Below are positions 51,945 through 63,498 of a DNA stretch of 64,000 nucleotides, one piece after another (the stretch's first letter is position 1; each line of letters starts with the position of its first letter). Below the pieces are notes generated by a model that worked only from the letters and a program-made list of their open reading frames with translations, did not search any database and was not told the origin of the DNA. The DNA is taken from the NCBI GenBank assembly GCA_964187785.1, contig OZ076416.1, positions 10,974,001 through 11,038,000 of the forward strand, read 5' to 3'. Position numbers and translations under genes: made by a program. The stretch is from Amphiscolops sp. MND2022. Taxonomy: Eukaryota.

Positions 51945-54900
51945 TTAAAAGTATTCGATCCCGCCCATTTTTACGACCCTCTTAGCTGTTTTAATTCTAT
52001 TTGATCTACGTATCCCCCCATCTCCCTCTATGTTCTCTATATTTTCCCCCCTTTCTAAGCCAAAATCTACTAAACCTCTCTTGGCTGGGCTGTTTGTTTT
52101 GTTGGGAGATCCGGTGGGGGTACCGTCACGTCCTGCTGTTTTTCGTTTCGGGGCTCGTTCGGTGCTGCAACCGATCGGCGAAGAAATTACAGGGGTATCC
52201 GTGGCCTTTTGTTCCTCCGGCTGTCCGTTGGCATACCTTATGTCCGCGGTTACGGTCAGCTCGGGATCAATATTTGCCGTGGACGGTAACTCCTCGGTAT
52301 GGTCTGACTGGCTGTCGGTTGATATCGTGGTGATGTCTGGTATTATCTTTGGTCGTTCAGCCGGCATTGTTGGGAAAGTCATGGCCGATGTTGCCTTTTT
52401 CTGGTCATCTTGTTTGTGGTACAGCCGTTTGTGGGTGTCACATAGGTCTCCATTGCTGAAGCGGCCGCACCTTTTGCATCTCGTTGTTGGTTTCCGTGTT
52501 TCATCTGGCTTCTTTGATGGCTGAAATTTTAGAGGTTTAGATGCCAATTTCTTATGAATTAGTTTTCCCTCAGTTGTTGTTATGGTGTGTTTAGTTTCTT
52601 TGGCTGCGGTTAAAATTTTATCGGTTTTGAACCGGCATTTCATTGCATTTGGCTTGGTTTCTTTTTCAAAAAATTTATAGTTTTTAAAATCACCGCTTAC
52701 CGATCTACCCCTCTTCCTCGACTCGTTCAGGACCAGATAGTCGGCCAGTTCCCCATCTGAGTCTTGTATGGTGTAGACTTGTAATTCTGCAGGTTGGGCT
52801 AAAATGTAGTTAGTTAGTGTTTTCTTCCAGTCAGTTAATAGGCAGGTGGGCTGTCCAATTAGATTTGTTATTGGTGTGCGCGGTTTACGGCCGTAATGTA
52901 ATTGGAAAGGCGTCATTTTAAGTGTGCTATGCACGGTTTGTCTAATTGTTTTAATTGCTCTTGTGACGCTTTCTTCAAAAGTTAAGCCGTCTTCCAAGTT
53001 GGCTCTGGTCAGTGATTTGATTGCGCGTATGGTTCTTTCAACCAATCCGGTTCCTGTGTGTAAATTTGGAGTACTGCGTATCCTTTTTATATTTTCGCCT
53101 TTGCAGTAAATTTTAAACTCTTGGCTTTTGAAACAACTGCCGTTATCGGTACGTATTGTTTTCGGTGTTCCGTTGTCGGCACAATATTTTGTTAAAAACT
53201 TTATTACGGTCCGAGAGTCCGTTCTCTTACAAATTTGGGCCGTCGGCCATTTGCTAAAACGGTCGACCGCGACTAAAATGTAAACGTCTCCGCGTGATTT
53301 CGATTTTATCGGACCCGCAAAATCTAGTTGGATTTCCTGGCCCGGTTCGGTTAAAATTTCGAGTCTATTTACCTCCGTTTGCGGAATTTGTGTTTTTAGA
53401 TTCTTACCTGCTGTTCGGCAACTCGGGCAGGTCTCCGCCTTTTCTCTGATTTCACGGTGTAGTCCGGGCCACCAGAACGCCTCTGCTGATTTGTCCATCT
53501 TTGTGACGGATACGTGGCCGCTGTGTAGCATCGCTATGATTGTTGAGCGCATTGTCTCCGGAATAACGATTCGATCGTTGTAGAAGAGCAGCCCGAATCG
53601 TGTCCCTAAATGCTCTCGGTGGGGGCGGTAAGGATAGAATAGATCTTCCGCTCTGCCGGCCTCCAGTGCAATTATGGCGTCCAATATCTTCGTATCTTGT
53701 GCCGTCTCTTCGACCAGCAGTGGCAAATCTAATGCGAAGTCCTTTTCTGCTCTCCGAATTGTTTCGGCTGTCTTTTGGTTCCTGTCTTCGGGTAGTGTAT
53801 TTAATTTTGCGGTCTGTTTCAGCCGGATCAAGTTTACACTTTCGTGTCTTTTGAACTTTTTCAGGACACTGATTGGGCATTTCTCGGTTTTCAGATGGCT
53901 AACGTGGCTCTCGTTGTCTGAGGGGTTGCTGATCCAGGACTCGTGCACATTTTCGTTAAACTCCTTCAGTGGTGTTGTCCCGATGGTTTCACAGTAATTG
54001 AAAAATCGATTGTATATCAGGATATTTATCCTCTCGATTTCTTTTCTCTCTTGTTGCGTCGGGCGGTAGTCCTGGATTCGTTCGTTCTCGCTACCTTTGC
54101 CTACAATCCGGGTTTTATTTGGCTGCAACAATTTTAGCCTCTCCGTCCTCAGTCTGCCGGTTTCCGGGGAATGTCCGCGTTTTTTGAAGATGAATTGTAA
54201 ATCAATTCCATTAACTTTTTCCAATTTAGACATTTCAGTTAATTTGGATAAGTGTTTTGAATTGTCAATTAATTCGGTGTTGTCTGACGATGAGAAAGTT
54301 TGATCTGACCGTTCGCGGCTGTTCTGTTCACGTGTTCGCGCGCGGCATTGTGATTGGCCGGAATTCGTTGCCGAGTGTGGTCGTTTGATGTATTGCGTAA
54401 TACTGCCGTTCGTTCGGTTAAACTCAAATAAGCCGTATATCTGATTGATTACGAACTCCTCTTCGGCTTCTTTTTCTTCGTTTGCGTTAAGTTCTTCCGT
54501 TCCGAGTTCGTTGACAATTGGATGTCGGCTCAGATAATCCGTCAATGGGATGTTTTTACCGGCTGTATACTGCACATTCACATCGAAATGGCTTAGTCGG
54601 TCTAACCATCTAGTAAGTCTTGCGCTGTATTGTTTATGCGCTCTATTTCGTTTCAATAATGGTTGTAGTGCTTGGTGATCGGTCAAGAGGTTTATCCGTT
54701 TGCCGTATACGTAATATCGGAAGTACTCGAGGCCCCAGAGTACGCCTAGTAATTCTAGCTCATTTATGGCGTATTTTCTCTCACAGTCGGTGAGGAATCG
54801 ACTTGCGAACGCGACCGGTCTAAACGCCCCGTTTTCTTTTTGCCATAGGGTTGCCCCTAGTCCGGTGTTACAAGCGTCTGTTGTTATAAAATTGTCCTTC

Positions 54901-57233
54901 TTCGGATCAAAATGTGCTAGACACGGTGCTTCAGTTATTTCTTTCTTTAGCTGTTCGAAATCGTCATTTATCTCTTTTGTCCAATCCCATTTTACGTCTT
55001 TCTTGAGTAGTTTTCGCATTCGATCGGTCTTTTTCGACAAGTTATTTAAAAATTTTGACAGATGTTGTATTGAGCCAAGGAATGATTTCAATTCTTTTGT
55101 GTTCGTGGGAGCTTTTAACTTTGTGATCGCATCAGTTTTATCCTGGATTGGTTTTACTCCGTTCTGATTTATCAAGTATCCCAACCAGGTTAGCTCTTTT
55201 TTGAACAGTTCTGTTTTTCTTTCGCTCGCTCGGTAGCCGGCTTCTTGTAGTTTTGTTAACACTTCGCGCAATTCCCGTTCATGTTCTTCTATTGTTCCGT
55301 TTGTGACGCAAATGATGTCATCTAACCATACCGGTGTCTTAAACTCTAAGACCTTATCTATGTGTTCTTGAAACACCGTTGGAATGTCCGCGAGTCCATA
55401 AAAAACTTTCTTGAACCGGTAGTGTCCGGTGATTTCTCCACCAATGATGGAGAATACGCAGTGTCTCGACGCTTCGGCGGATAACTTGGCTTGTCCGTAC
55501 GCATAATCTAAATCGATTTTGGACATCCAAATTTCGCCGTCGCTTTGTGTGATTTTCGCGGAAATTTGACTGATTAATTCCTCCATGTTGGGCATGGTTG
55601 CTTTTCGTTTTATACACGATTCGTTCAATTTCCGGGAGTCTAACGCGATTTTCACTGATTTATCTTTTTTAATTGTTATAACCGCCGGTGAAACGAAACA
55701 ATTTTCAGTTGTCTTGTCTGCTTTTTCTAGGTGCCCCTTTTCGATGAGTTTATCCAGTTCATTTTTCACTATTTTTTGAAAATGTATTGGCACCGGTCTT
55801 CCCTTTTGTTGTATCGGTTTTGCGTCTTTTTTCAATTGAATTTCTATAGTTAGATCTTTTATCGTGTGATTTGTTTTGAAAAGCTTTCCGAAATCTTCAA
55901 AGATTCTCTCACCTTTACCGTTTGTGGATATGTTTCTGATGATATTTGTTTCTCGGCTCCCCTGTAACCCAATTTCCAGTTTGTCGAGCCAGTCCAATCC
56001 CAGTAAGGGTTGTGTATTCTTCTTCTCCGTAATTAGTATGGGCAATGTCACTTGTGTTTTCTCGGTCTTGACCTCAACCATCGCCTCGCCTCTAAATTTG
56101 ATGGGATTTTTATTTACGTCTACGAAGCATTTTGTGGTTTGTTTAATCCCTTCTGGATTAATAATCGGTGGAATTATCGTCACGGGTGAGCCGGTATCAA
56201 TGACAAATTCTATTGGCTGCCCCTCCACCAATAGGATTGCTTTGTAGAAATCTACGCGGTTTATTCCGTTCACGGATTGAATATGGTCGATTTCTGGCCA
56301 TGATTCCGTGCTGCCGTCCGTTTCTTCTTCGTGTACCAAATTCACGGTCTTTGATCGGCAAACCTTGGCAAAGTGTCCGGATTTCCTGCAGTTATTGCAT
56401 TTAGCTTTCCGTGCCGGGCAAATGTGCTCGGGTGTCCAGTTTGACTTTCCGCAAAAGTGACAATTTTGTTCTGAATTCTTCTTCTGACCGGTGAATGTGT
56501 TTTTTCGTTTCGCTGCCGGTTTGGTGTATCCGACTTGTTCGTCTTCGGATGTATTTTCTGAAGAATTCTTTCGTTGTCTCTTGGAATGTGATGGCTTGTC
56601 CCCGTATTTACGATTGTAGTTGTCTAGTTCGATCGTCTCCAATACCAGTTGCAGTTTCAGGGGGCCTTTGATGAATTTATCACGGGCTTTTTTGTCATTT
56701 ATGGATGCTGCAAATTTGTAGGTAATTATGTCTTCGGGTGTGATGTTACCGAATTCGCACTTTCTCTCTATGTCTACTAATTTCTTCCAGTACTCGTCCA
56801 GTGTTTCGCCCTCTTCTTGTTTAATGTTAAAGAATTGGGCCCGGCTATGAAATATGTTTCTTGCGGGTAGGAAGGTCTTTTTGAACAGTTTCAGCAGTTC
56901 TTGTAGACTGATGTCCTTGAGCTCTTTTCCCCATTGGCCCCTCATGATCTCGTGTTTTGCCTTCGGGCCCAGAGCCCATATGACATCGCCTTTGATGTGG
57001 TATGTTGTATGTGGATCGATGGAGTCGGTTCCGTTTTCTAGTAATTCTTCCAGTTTCTTTTGGTATGTTAGGTCTATGTATTCTGATATTTGTTCCCACC
57101 ACATCTTGGGGTTTGCTTTCGATAGATCGGTTTCTCTATCTGATAGGATTGGAATTTTGTATTTGTTTTTCTCAGTCCTCTCGACTGTCGTTTGATTGAC
57201 CGCTGTTGGGTCGGATCCACTGGTGTTTTCCAT
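51945..57233 (-). CDS. gag-pol: Intact Ty3/Gypsy Gag-Pol polyprotein, 1762 aa, single ORF
   Basis: CHFCGK..HIC and CNNCRKSGHFAKVC knuckles, VIDTGS protease, WLDDII RT, TDACNTGLGA RNase H, GHVS...CPSC, LDFAGP, TDNG and GLVER integrase. Confidence 0.97.
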   Translation of the reverse strand: MENTSGSDPTAVNQTTVERTEKNKYKIPILSDRETDLSKANPKMWWEQISEYIDLTYQKKLEELLENGTDSIDPHTTYHIKGDVIWALGPKAKHEIMRGQWGKELKDISLQELLKLFKKTFLPARNIFHSRAQFFNIKQEEGETLDEYWKKLVDIERKCEFGNITPEDIITYKFAASINDKKARDKFIKGPLKLQLVLETIELDNYNRKYGDKPSHSKRQRKNSSENTSEDEQVGYTKPAAKRKNTFTGQKKNSEQNCHFCGKSNWTPEHICPARKAKCNNCRKSGHFAKVCRSKTVNLVHEEETDGSTESWPEIDHIQSVNGINRVDFYKAILLVEGQPIEFVIDTGSPVTIIPPIINPEGIKQTTKCFVDVNKNPIKFRGEAMVEVKTEKTQVTLPILITEKKNTQPLLGLDWLDKLEIGLQGSRETNIIRNISTNGKGERIFEDFGKLFKTNHTIKDLTIEIQLKKDAKPIQQKGRPVPIHFQKIVKNELDKLIEKGHLEKADKTTENCFVSPAVITIKKDKSVKIALDSRKLNESCIKRKATMPNMEELISQISAKITQSDGEIWMSKIDLDYAYGQAKLSAEASRHCVFSIIGGEITGHYRFKKVFYGLADIPTVFQEHIDKVLEFKTPVWLDDIICVTNGTIEEHERELREVLTKLQEAGYRASERKTELFKKELTWLGYLINQNGVKPIQDKTDAITKLKAPTNTKELKSFLGSIQHLSKFLNNLSKKTDRMRKLLKKDVKWDWTKEINDDFEQLKKEITEAPCLAHFDPKKDNFITTDACNTGLGATLWQKENGAFRPVAFASRFLTDCERKYAINELELLGVLWGLEYFRYYVYGKRINLLTDHQALQPLLKRNRAHKQYSARLTRWLDRLSHFDVNVQYTAGKNIPLTDYLSRHPIVNELGTEELNANEEKEAEEEFVINQIYGLFEFNRTNGSITQYIKRPHSATNSGQSQCRARTREQNSRERSDQTFSSSDNTELIDNSKHLSKLTEMSKLEKVNGIDLQFIFKKRGHSPETGRLRTERLKLLQPNKTRIVGKGSENERIQDYRPTQQERKEIERINILIYNRFFNYCETIGTTPLKEFNENVHESWISNPSDNESHVSHLKTEKCPISVLKKFKRHESVNLIRLKQTAKLNTLPEDRNQKTAETIRRAEKDFALDLPLLVEETAQDTKILDAIIALEAGRAEDLFYPYRPHREHLGTRFGLLFYNDRIVIPETMRSTIIAMLHSGHVSVTKMDKSAEAFWWPGLHREIREKAETCPSCRTAGKNLKTQIPQTEVNRLEILTEPGQEIQLDFAGPIKSKSRGDVYILVAVDRFSKWPTAQICKRTDSRTVIKFLTKYCADNGTPKTIRTDNGSCFKSQEFKIYCKGENIKRIRSTPNLHTGTGLVERTIRAIKSLTRANLEDGLTFEESVTRAIKTIRQTVHSTLKMTPFQLHYGRKPRTPITNLIGQPTCLLTDWKKTLTNYILAQPAELQVYTIQDSDGELADYLVLNESRKRGRSVSGDFKNYKFFEKETKPNAMKCRFKTDKILTAAKETKHTITTTEGKLIHKKLASKPLKFQPSKKPDETRKPTTRCKRCGRFSNGDLCDTHKRLYHKQDDQKKATSAMTFPTMPAERPKIIPDITTISTDSQSDHTEELPSTANIDPELTVTADIRYANGQPEEQKATDTPVISSPIGCSTERAPKRKTAGRDGTPTGSPNKTNSPAKRGLVDFGLERGENIENIEGDGGIRRSNRIKTAKRVVKMGGIEYF

Positions 57234-57261
57234 TGATTCTTCTTCTGGTTCTTTCTTCTAT

Positions 57262-57271
57262 GACTGCGCCA
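57262..57271 (-). promoter_or_regulatory. Primer-binding site (tRNA-Ser-type)
   Basis: TGGCGCAGTC immediately after the LTR end ...TATAACA on the minus strand. Confidence 0.75.
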
Positions 57272-57484
57272 TGTTATAGACTCGATAAGAGATTAAGGTA
57301 GGATGCTCAAGTTAGGATTAAGAAGTAACGATACAATGTATAGATTAACTGTATTCGAACTAAAAGTTAGCATCGACTGAATAGTACAAACTAGTGTCCT
57401 TTAAAGTTCGTGACAGGTGTTTAGTAACACTGTCTAGACTGATCGGAGCACTCTCCTCTACAATATATATATATATATATCACA
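57272..57484 (-). mobile_element. 5' LTR of the intact Gypsy (~213 bp; outer end tentative)
   Basis: Minus strand TGTGATA...TATAACA, containing (AT)9 at 57463-57480. The 3' LTR is lost in the gap, so it cannot be confirmed by pairing. Confidence 0.6.
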
Positions 57485-57983
57485 GTTCAAGCTATACCTT
57501 CGTCATGTTTCCAATTGTTTTCTAACCATGATAATATTTGAAGTACTTTTTCATTGATGGTTAAAACATTGATTGACTTACATCAGTCGGGAAGTTGACT
57601 GGTCTGCTGCCTCAGCTTTCGTTGACTAAATTGCTGCCTGTCGGCATTACTGGTATTCACTCGTCGTTATTTGCTCAATTCTGATTTTAAAATTTTAATT
57701 GGTCAAAGACAGATTGACCTTGATTTTCGTTTCAGATCAAAATAACTGCGTCAAACGCTTTTCCAGTATTTTTCAAATTTGTAAAACTGTGTTTATTGTC
57801 TTCTCGTTTTCTCTTCGTTAATCTAGCGTTTCTAAGTACGTCAAAATCTGTACTTTTCAAAAACAAAAATATTCTAGCACCCAGCCTCAATCATGGGTTA
57901 TGTCTAAAACCTGTTTTAAAACACCTAGGCTGAAAACTAGCTACCGTGAAACATCAGAACATTGAAGAATCTAAAAAACAAAC

Positions 57984-58302
57984 CTGAAAGGTTGATAATA
58001 GTGACGTTTGTATTTGAAAAAGTGTCTTGCAGAATCATTTGTAGCCCAATGGACTTGCCAGTTCCTTCGCAAACTCCTACTATGCTCTGTTTTTCCTCAG
58101 TTTCTTCGCATTCTTTGATCACAATGTCTGCAATTTTGGCAAGAGTTACGAGGAGTTGTGTTTTTCCGGATCCCTTGCCACCCAAAATTAACAACCTCAG
58201 ACCTCTGTTTGATGGGCTACTTTTCAGATGCTGACAAACTGCTGTGACTACCTCTATCTGTTCCGGCGACCAAAGAAGTACTCTCTTTTTCTCCTTCCCG
58301 GG
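57984..58302 (-). CDS. Exon 2, Walker A (copy 2)
   Basis: 319 nt, GGKGSGKT, splice sites conserved with copy 1. Confidence 0.75.
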
Positions 58303-58690
58303 CTATTTTGAAGGATCTCCTCTGTTTTTATAATCTTTAGAGGTTCGTTGAAAAGAATATTTATATCATCAAAGGAGATTTTTAGTACCTAATAAACGTT
58401 TTCACCTCTTGCTTGTTTTCAAAATTTTCAAAAATTAGAATTCAGGATCTATTTTTGAAGAAACAAGTGAACACCTACAACTATTGAATCTTAACAAACA
58501 TTTAGTATCATCAAAATCATGGTCTTAAAAAAATGGAAAGGTGCTTTGGCTCTAACCCAAAAAAACTTTTCAATTGAGTTGCACTACCTGTACTTCAAGA
58601 AAAATAGAATTTACATTCTCTCACGACACTTGAAAAGCTTTTCAAGGTCATGCATAATATTCAAATGCGTCACAGAAAACAGAAAAGAAC

Positions 58691-59623
58691 CTTTATCTGA
58701 GATATAGATTCCGAGCAATCGACGATAACTTTCTGGAAATCTTTGTTTTGGATAGCCGATTCCAGATCAGGCTGTGCTCCCTCTTGTAATTTGCTATAAA
58801 TCAAAGCCGTGGCCCCATTGATCGAAACTAAAGCAGTAAGACGGGCTACAAAGTCTTCCATCGACTCGTCCCATTGAACGTCCGAGATGTTCGCGTTTTT
58901 CAGCTTCGATGCCCAAACTTCGCAAAAATCAGTGCAGTCCAATTCACTTTTGTTGAAAACTATGACCTTGTCTTTGACACATTCAGATAATTTCTCCAGT
59001 TTTGCAAATTTCGATTTGTCCTTCGACCCGAAATCACAAACAACTGTATGGATTGGAGCAGGTGACTGATCAGGTTTGATTTTGTAGTTGATCAACATTC
59101 GGATAAAATTCCTGTGTTTTTCGATGCTTTTCCACATTTTCTCCGGACTAGTTCGACCTTTGCCTTCGTTTTTTACATTGAAAATGAAGACCCCCATCTT
59201 TGAATGTACTAACATCATGTCAAGTTCTACTTTGGCGCATTCTGTTTTGAAAATGTGACTCCCGTCAACATTGGGAAGTACGATCATTCCCCCTTCCTTG
59301 TTTAGACAAGATTCCACAAACATTTGGTACAATTTAGTTTCAGCTTCCTCTCCCTTGAACGTTGCTTTGGACTTGTTACGAAGTTGTTTGTTCCTTTGCG
59401 AACTATGGGAAAAAACTTTAGGGATTCTAGCCACTGGAATAGAAATTGTCTTTCCGGGATCTTTCCACTTTGGAAATTGACTCTCGAAAGATTGCAACAA
59501 CCCTGTGCCATCAGAAAAGGGAATAAATTTGTTGCCCGGGAACTGGATCTGTAATTCATCAAGTTCCTCGTGGAATTCCGTTTCAGAACTTCTGTCTGTT
59601 GTGATGGAGATTGGTTCATCCAT
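58691..59623 (-). CDS. Exon 1 of NERD-like nuclease / helicase gene (copy 2)
   Basis: 933 nt, near-identical translation to 19372-20304. Confidence 0.75.
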
Positions 59624-61883
59624 TTATCAACAAAATCTTCAGAGTTTGTAAGATTCGATGGATAAAATGGATGAATAGTCATCTGAAACTTCTCATCTTG
59701 CAGTTGTTCAACTCTGTATCCATTAAAAAAAGATTCCCCTGAGAATCTTTTCTTCAAGAAATTGTCTGAATTTGACATTGAAGTGTACATTTAGTCGACG
59801 CTCTTTGATAAAACTACTCTTTCAGTGGCAATACTTTTTACAGCTTATACTAAAGTGGCTACCTTTTATTAACTTTTATGAAGTTAAGAAGACGTTCCCT
59901 AGTTGAAAGCATCGAGGGCCTAAGGTTCAAGTAACGTGCTTCGCGAAAACTACTTTAGGTTCGAAACTTGCGTAGGACTAAATTTTGTTGTCATGTTAGC
60001 TACAAGTGTTTTTGGTTTTTGGCCCTGTGTGACCTTTCTATTTTTTTTGTTTCAGCAAAATATCTCTGTATAATGTTTTTGATGTTGTCATGGCAAATAG
60101 TCTCTCACGAGCTTATCGGAACTTTTGGGTGTCTCCTCACTGCTCAAATGTTCTAGAACAATTTCAAAATTTTGGGTTTTTGATGCCGCGTTTGTGTTGT
60201 TTTCGACCATCACAGTCAGACTGATAAAATTTGTACATGCAAAATGACCCTGCAAATCACAACTGAACCGAAAGTTAGAACGTTAACGCTTTGGAAAGTA
60301 ACACCTGTCGTGTACTTTTCTCTTCAGTCTGCTTATCAAATGCATTCAAAACTACCGCCTGAGCAAGCACAAAATGATCCCTGTGATTTAAAGAAATTGT
60401 AGTTATAATTTATGTTCGTGGTTTACTAATTATATTTATTGATTTGTAAAAATGTTAAAAATATTATTCCATGGAAGTTGATATACATGGTAACCATAGT
60501 ACTTATTAGTTTTTTGTAATTTTCTCCGAACAAGTTTAATTAACTTTCTTTTTCGAGCTTGTTGATTGCAACATCACGAGAAAGCCAAATGATTGCCTTG
60601 AATTCTTTACAAAATCTCGAAACATTGAACAAGATTGGAACTTCTGAAGTCAGCGGTTAACCTAAGGCTCAAAAAGCGCAGTTTTCAATAAAAACTCCTG
60701 TTTTAGAAACTCCGCCTCCTCCTTAACAAAACGCAAAATAGTCCGGATATAGCGTCAATAGTTCGAAAATAGCGCTACACTGATTACGAGCGGGGACTTC
60801 AATAAAATTCAACTGTGGCCCTTTAGAGACAAAAAAATTTAAAAACTCTCACAGCGCCGACAAATATTGAAGGGGGACCCTTTAGTCTTGTCCGGTTTTG
60901 TAGGTCACGTTAAAAAAGTAAAAAAAAATGAATTTTTACACTAAGTTTTTGTTGCCCAGAGTGGCCTTAGAAGTTCTAGTAGTTTCTGTAAAATGTGGAC
61001 CTTTCAGTGTGATGTCTGAGGTCTGGAGAAAAAAAGGGTCACTGTAAGAGTGGGGCAATTTTTTTCACAAGAAGCGCCGACTAAAAACATTTCCTCTTGG
61101 TGGGCGTCTGTAACGAAACGCCCATCCTGGAAAAAGACCTCGCTTCAAAATTAAGGCAGTGACACTCTCAACTGAAGTATTTCAATAGACATTTAGTAGT
61201 GTCAAACCCCGCGAGTCACCGAAAAGTTGAACTTTTAACGAAAAGTTGGCAAAACTTTTTCAAAGTTTCTTTTCTCCACAGCTCAAATAGGTTTTCTGTT
61301 CCTGGAAGCGCTTTACCTAAACGTTCAAATGCATACTAGTCAGGCTGAAAGATGGCGCCACTTGTTGGATGAGAGCGCCACCCCGATAAATAGAACCAGG
61401 CTGTGACAGTCCTTTTCAAAGCCCATTGATCCCATTGTTTAAGCTTTTTCGAGATATTTTTTTGCCTTCTCAAGGGGTCCCTACTATGTTTCTGGAGTGC
61501 GACATTAACTTAGCAAACAGTTGCTCAAATATCTACAAAAAACAAAATTTTTGAAATGTAATTTGCAAGTTTTCTTTTTTCAATCACGTTTTCGACAGCG
61601 GAACAGAGAAAACTATATCGACAAAAAAAAACAACTAGTAACGGCAAGCAAAGAAATGTCACTTAACGCATTAGCAGAGCTGAAGGAACATGCCGAAATG
61701 GGTGCATATCGCTAGGGACAGACACCCATTTCCACAAGTCTATTTAGCTTCTAGTTGTGAATACGTCCCGAGGCCGTAGTTGCTTCGAGAACTTAATTAC
61801 CTACCGGTCGTAGTATTTGATTGCTCATTGTAACAGGCATCTTTCTAACTTTCTAAAGACCACTTTTAACAATCCCATAAACA

Positions 61884-63498
61884 CAATGTCAAGAAGAAGG
61901 TAAGTTTATATTTACAGGGTGACATGGGAATAACGTCTAAATTTTCAAAAAACTACCTCTTCATTTGATAAACACCGCTAAAGCTGGCAAATAGCATCAA
62001 AGAATTCATCAAACTGGCAGACCACACTTCTAAAAACAAAGTCGCAGGAGCTCCAAGTACAAAACAAGGTTGCCCAAGCACTCCCCGGAACTTAGGCATG
62101 ACGTTCCTGTCATGCCGAGCAGCTGGCATTGATTACATCCCCACATCTTCTTTGCATTGCACTGCGAGTTCACAACGATGATATTGCAAGGGTACAGTGG
62201 CACTGTCCTTGTTCGCTGACTGGGCAACGAAGAGGTCTTGCTTCTTGCCAGCTAAAGAGATTGCATCGTCTTCAAACTATCAACAACAGAGCATAGCCTT
62301 CGAGCTGGAAAAAAAGCTCACAAAAGCACCTATCGATCAAACTCATTGTTTCATACATCAATATAAGAGCATCAGTTTATTAGATTGAGTTGTCTGCACC
62401 ATATGTGATATTTCAACTGCAGTAAAGTTTCGGGTTGCAGAACTGGTAAAGGTTTTTTTCGGTAAAGCGGAAGAACCACAAGTCAAAAGGAAGACAGGCA
62501 CAGTTTTTTGAAACTGTGTTTCACAGTCCGTCTCGGTCTGGGCAACACACGCACTGATAAGCAGCGCCACTCCGGTAGAGAGCTCAAAAACATTAACTTA
62601 GGTAGACAGTTTGAGTATCTCCCGCTCAGTATCTATCTCTTCTACACACTTTTGTTTCGCCAATGAAATCTGCCAAGAATTTACTCAATGTCAAGAAGAA
62701 GGTAAGTTTATATTTACAGGGTGACATGGGAATAACGTCTAAATTTTCGAAAAACTACCTCTTCATTTGATAAACACCGCTAAAGCTGGCAAATAGCATC
62801 AAAGAATTCATCAAACTGGCAGACCACACTTCTAAAAACAAAGTCGCAGGAGCTCCAAGTACAAAACAAGGTTGCCCAAGCACTCCCCGGAACTTAGGCA
62901 TGACGTTCCTGTCATGCCGAGCAGCTGGCATTGATTACATCCCCACATCTCCTTTGCATTGCACTGCGAGTTCACAACGATGATATTGCAAGGGTACAGT
63001 GGCACTGTCCTTGTTCGCTGACTGGGCAACGAAGAGGTCTTGCTTCTTGCCAGCTAAAGAGATTGCATCGTCTTCAAACTATCAACAACAGAGCATAGCC
63101 TTCGAGCTGGAAAAAAGCTCACAAAAGCACCTATCGATCAAACTCATTGTTTCATACATCAATATAAGAGCATCAGTTTATTAGTTTGAGTTGTCTGCAC
63201 CATATGTGATATTTCAACTGCAGTAAAGTTTCGGGTTGCAGAACTGGTAAAGGTTTTTTTCGGTAAAGCGTCTTTTCAGCGGAAGAACCACAAGTCAAAA
63301 GGAAGACAGGCACAGTTTTTTGAAACTGTGTTTCACAGTCCGTCTCCGTCTGGGCAACACACGCACTGATAAGCAGCGCCACTCCGGTAGAGAGCTCAAA
63401 AACATTAACTTAGGTAGACAGTTTGAGTATCTCCCGCTCAGTATCTATCTCTTCTACACACTTTTGTTTCGCCAATGAAATCTGCCAAGAATTTACTC
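61884..63498 (+). repeat. Tandem duplication: 61884-62685 and 62686-63498
   Basis: Near-identical ~800-bp units, both starting CAATGTCAAGAAGAAGG; unit 2 has a 12-bp insertion near 63270. Confidence 0.95.

Noticed and set aside
51617-51985. ORFs spanning the N run
   Set aside because: Artefacts of the assembly gap.
52001-57199. Many short plus-strand and alternative-frame ORFs overlapping the gag-pol
   Set aside because: Shadow ORFs of a long coding region, with no motifs.
59302-59790. 162-aa overlapping upstream ORF of gene copy 2
   Set aside because: The equivalent frame in copy 1 has a stop and indels, so it is not conserved.
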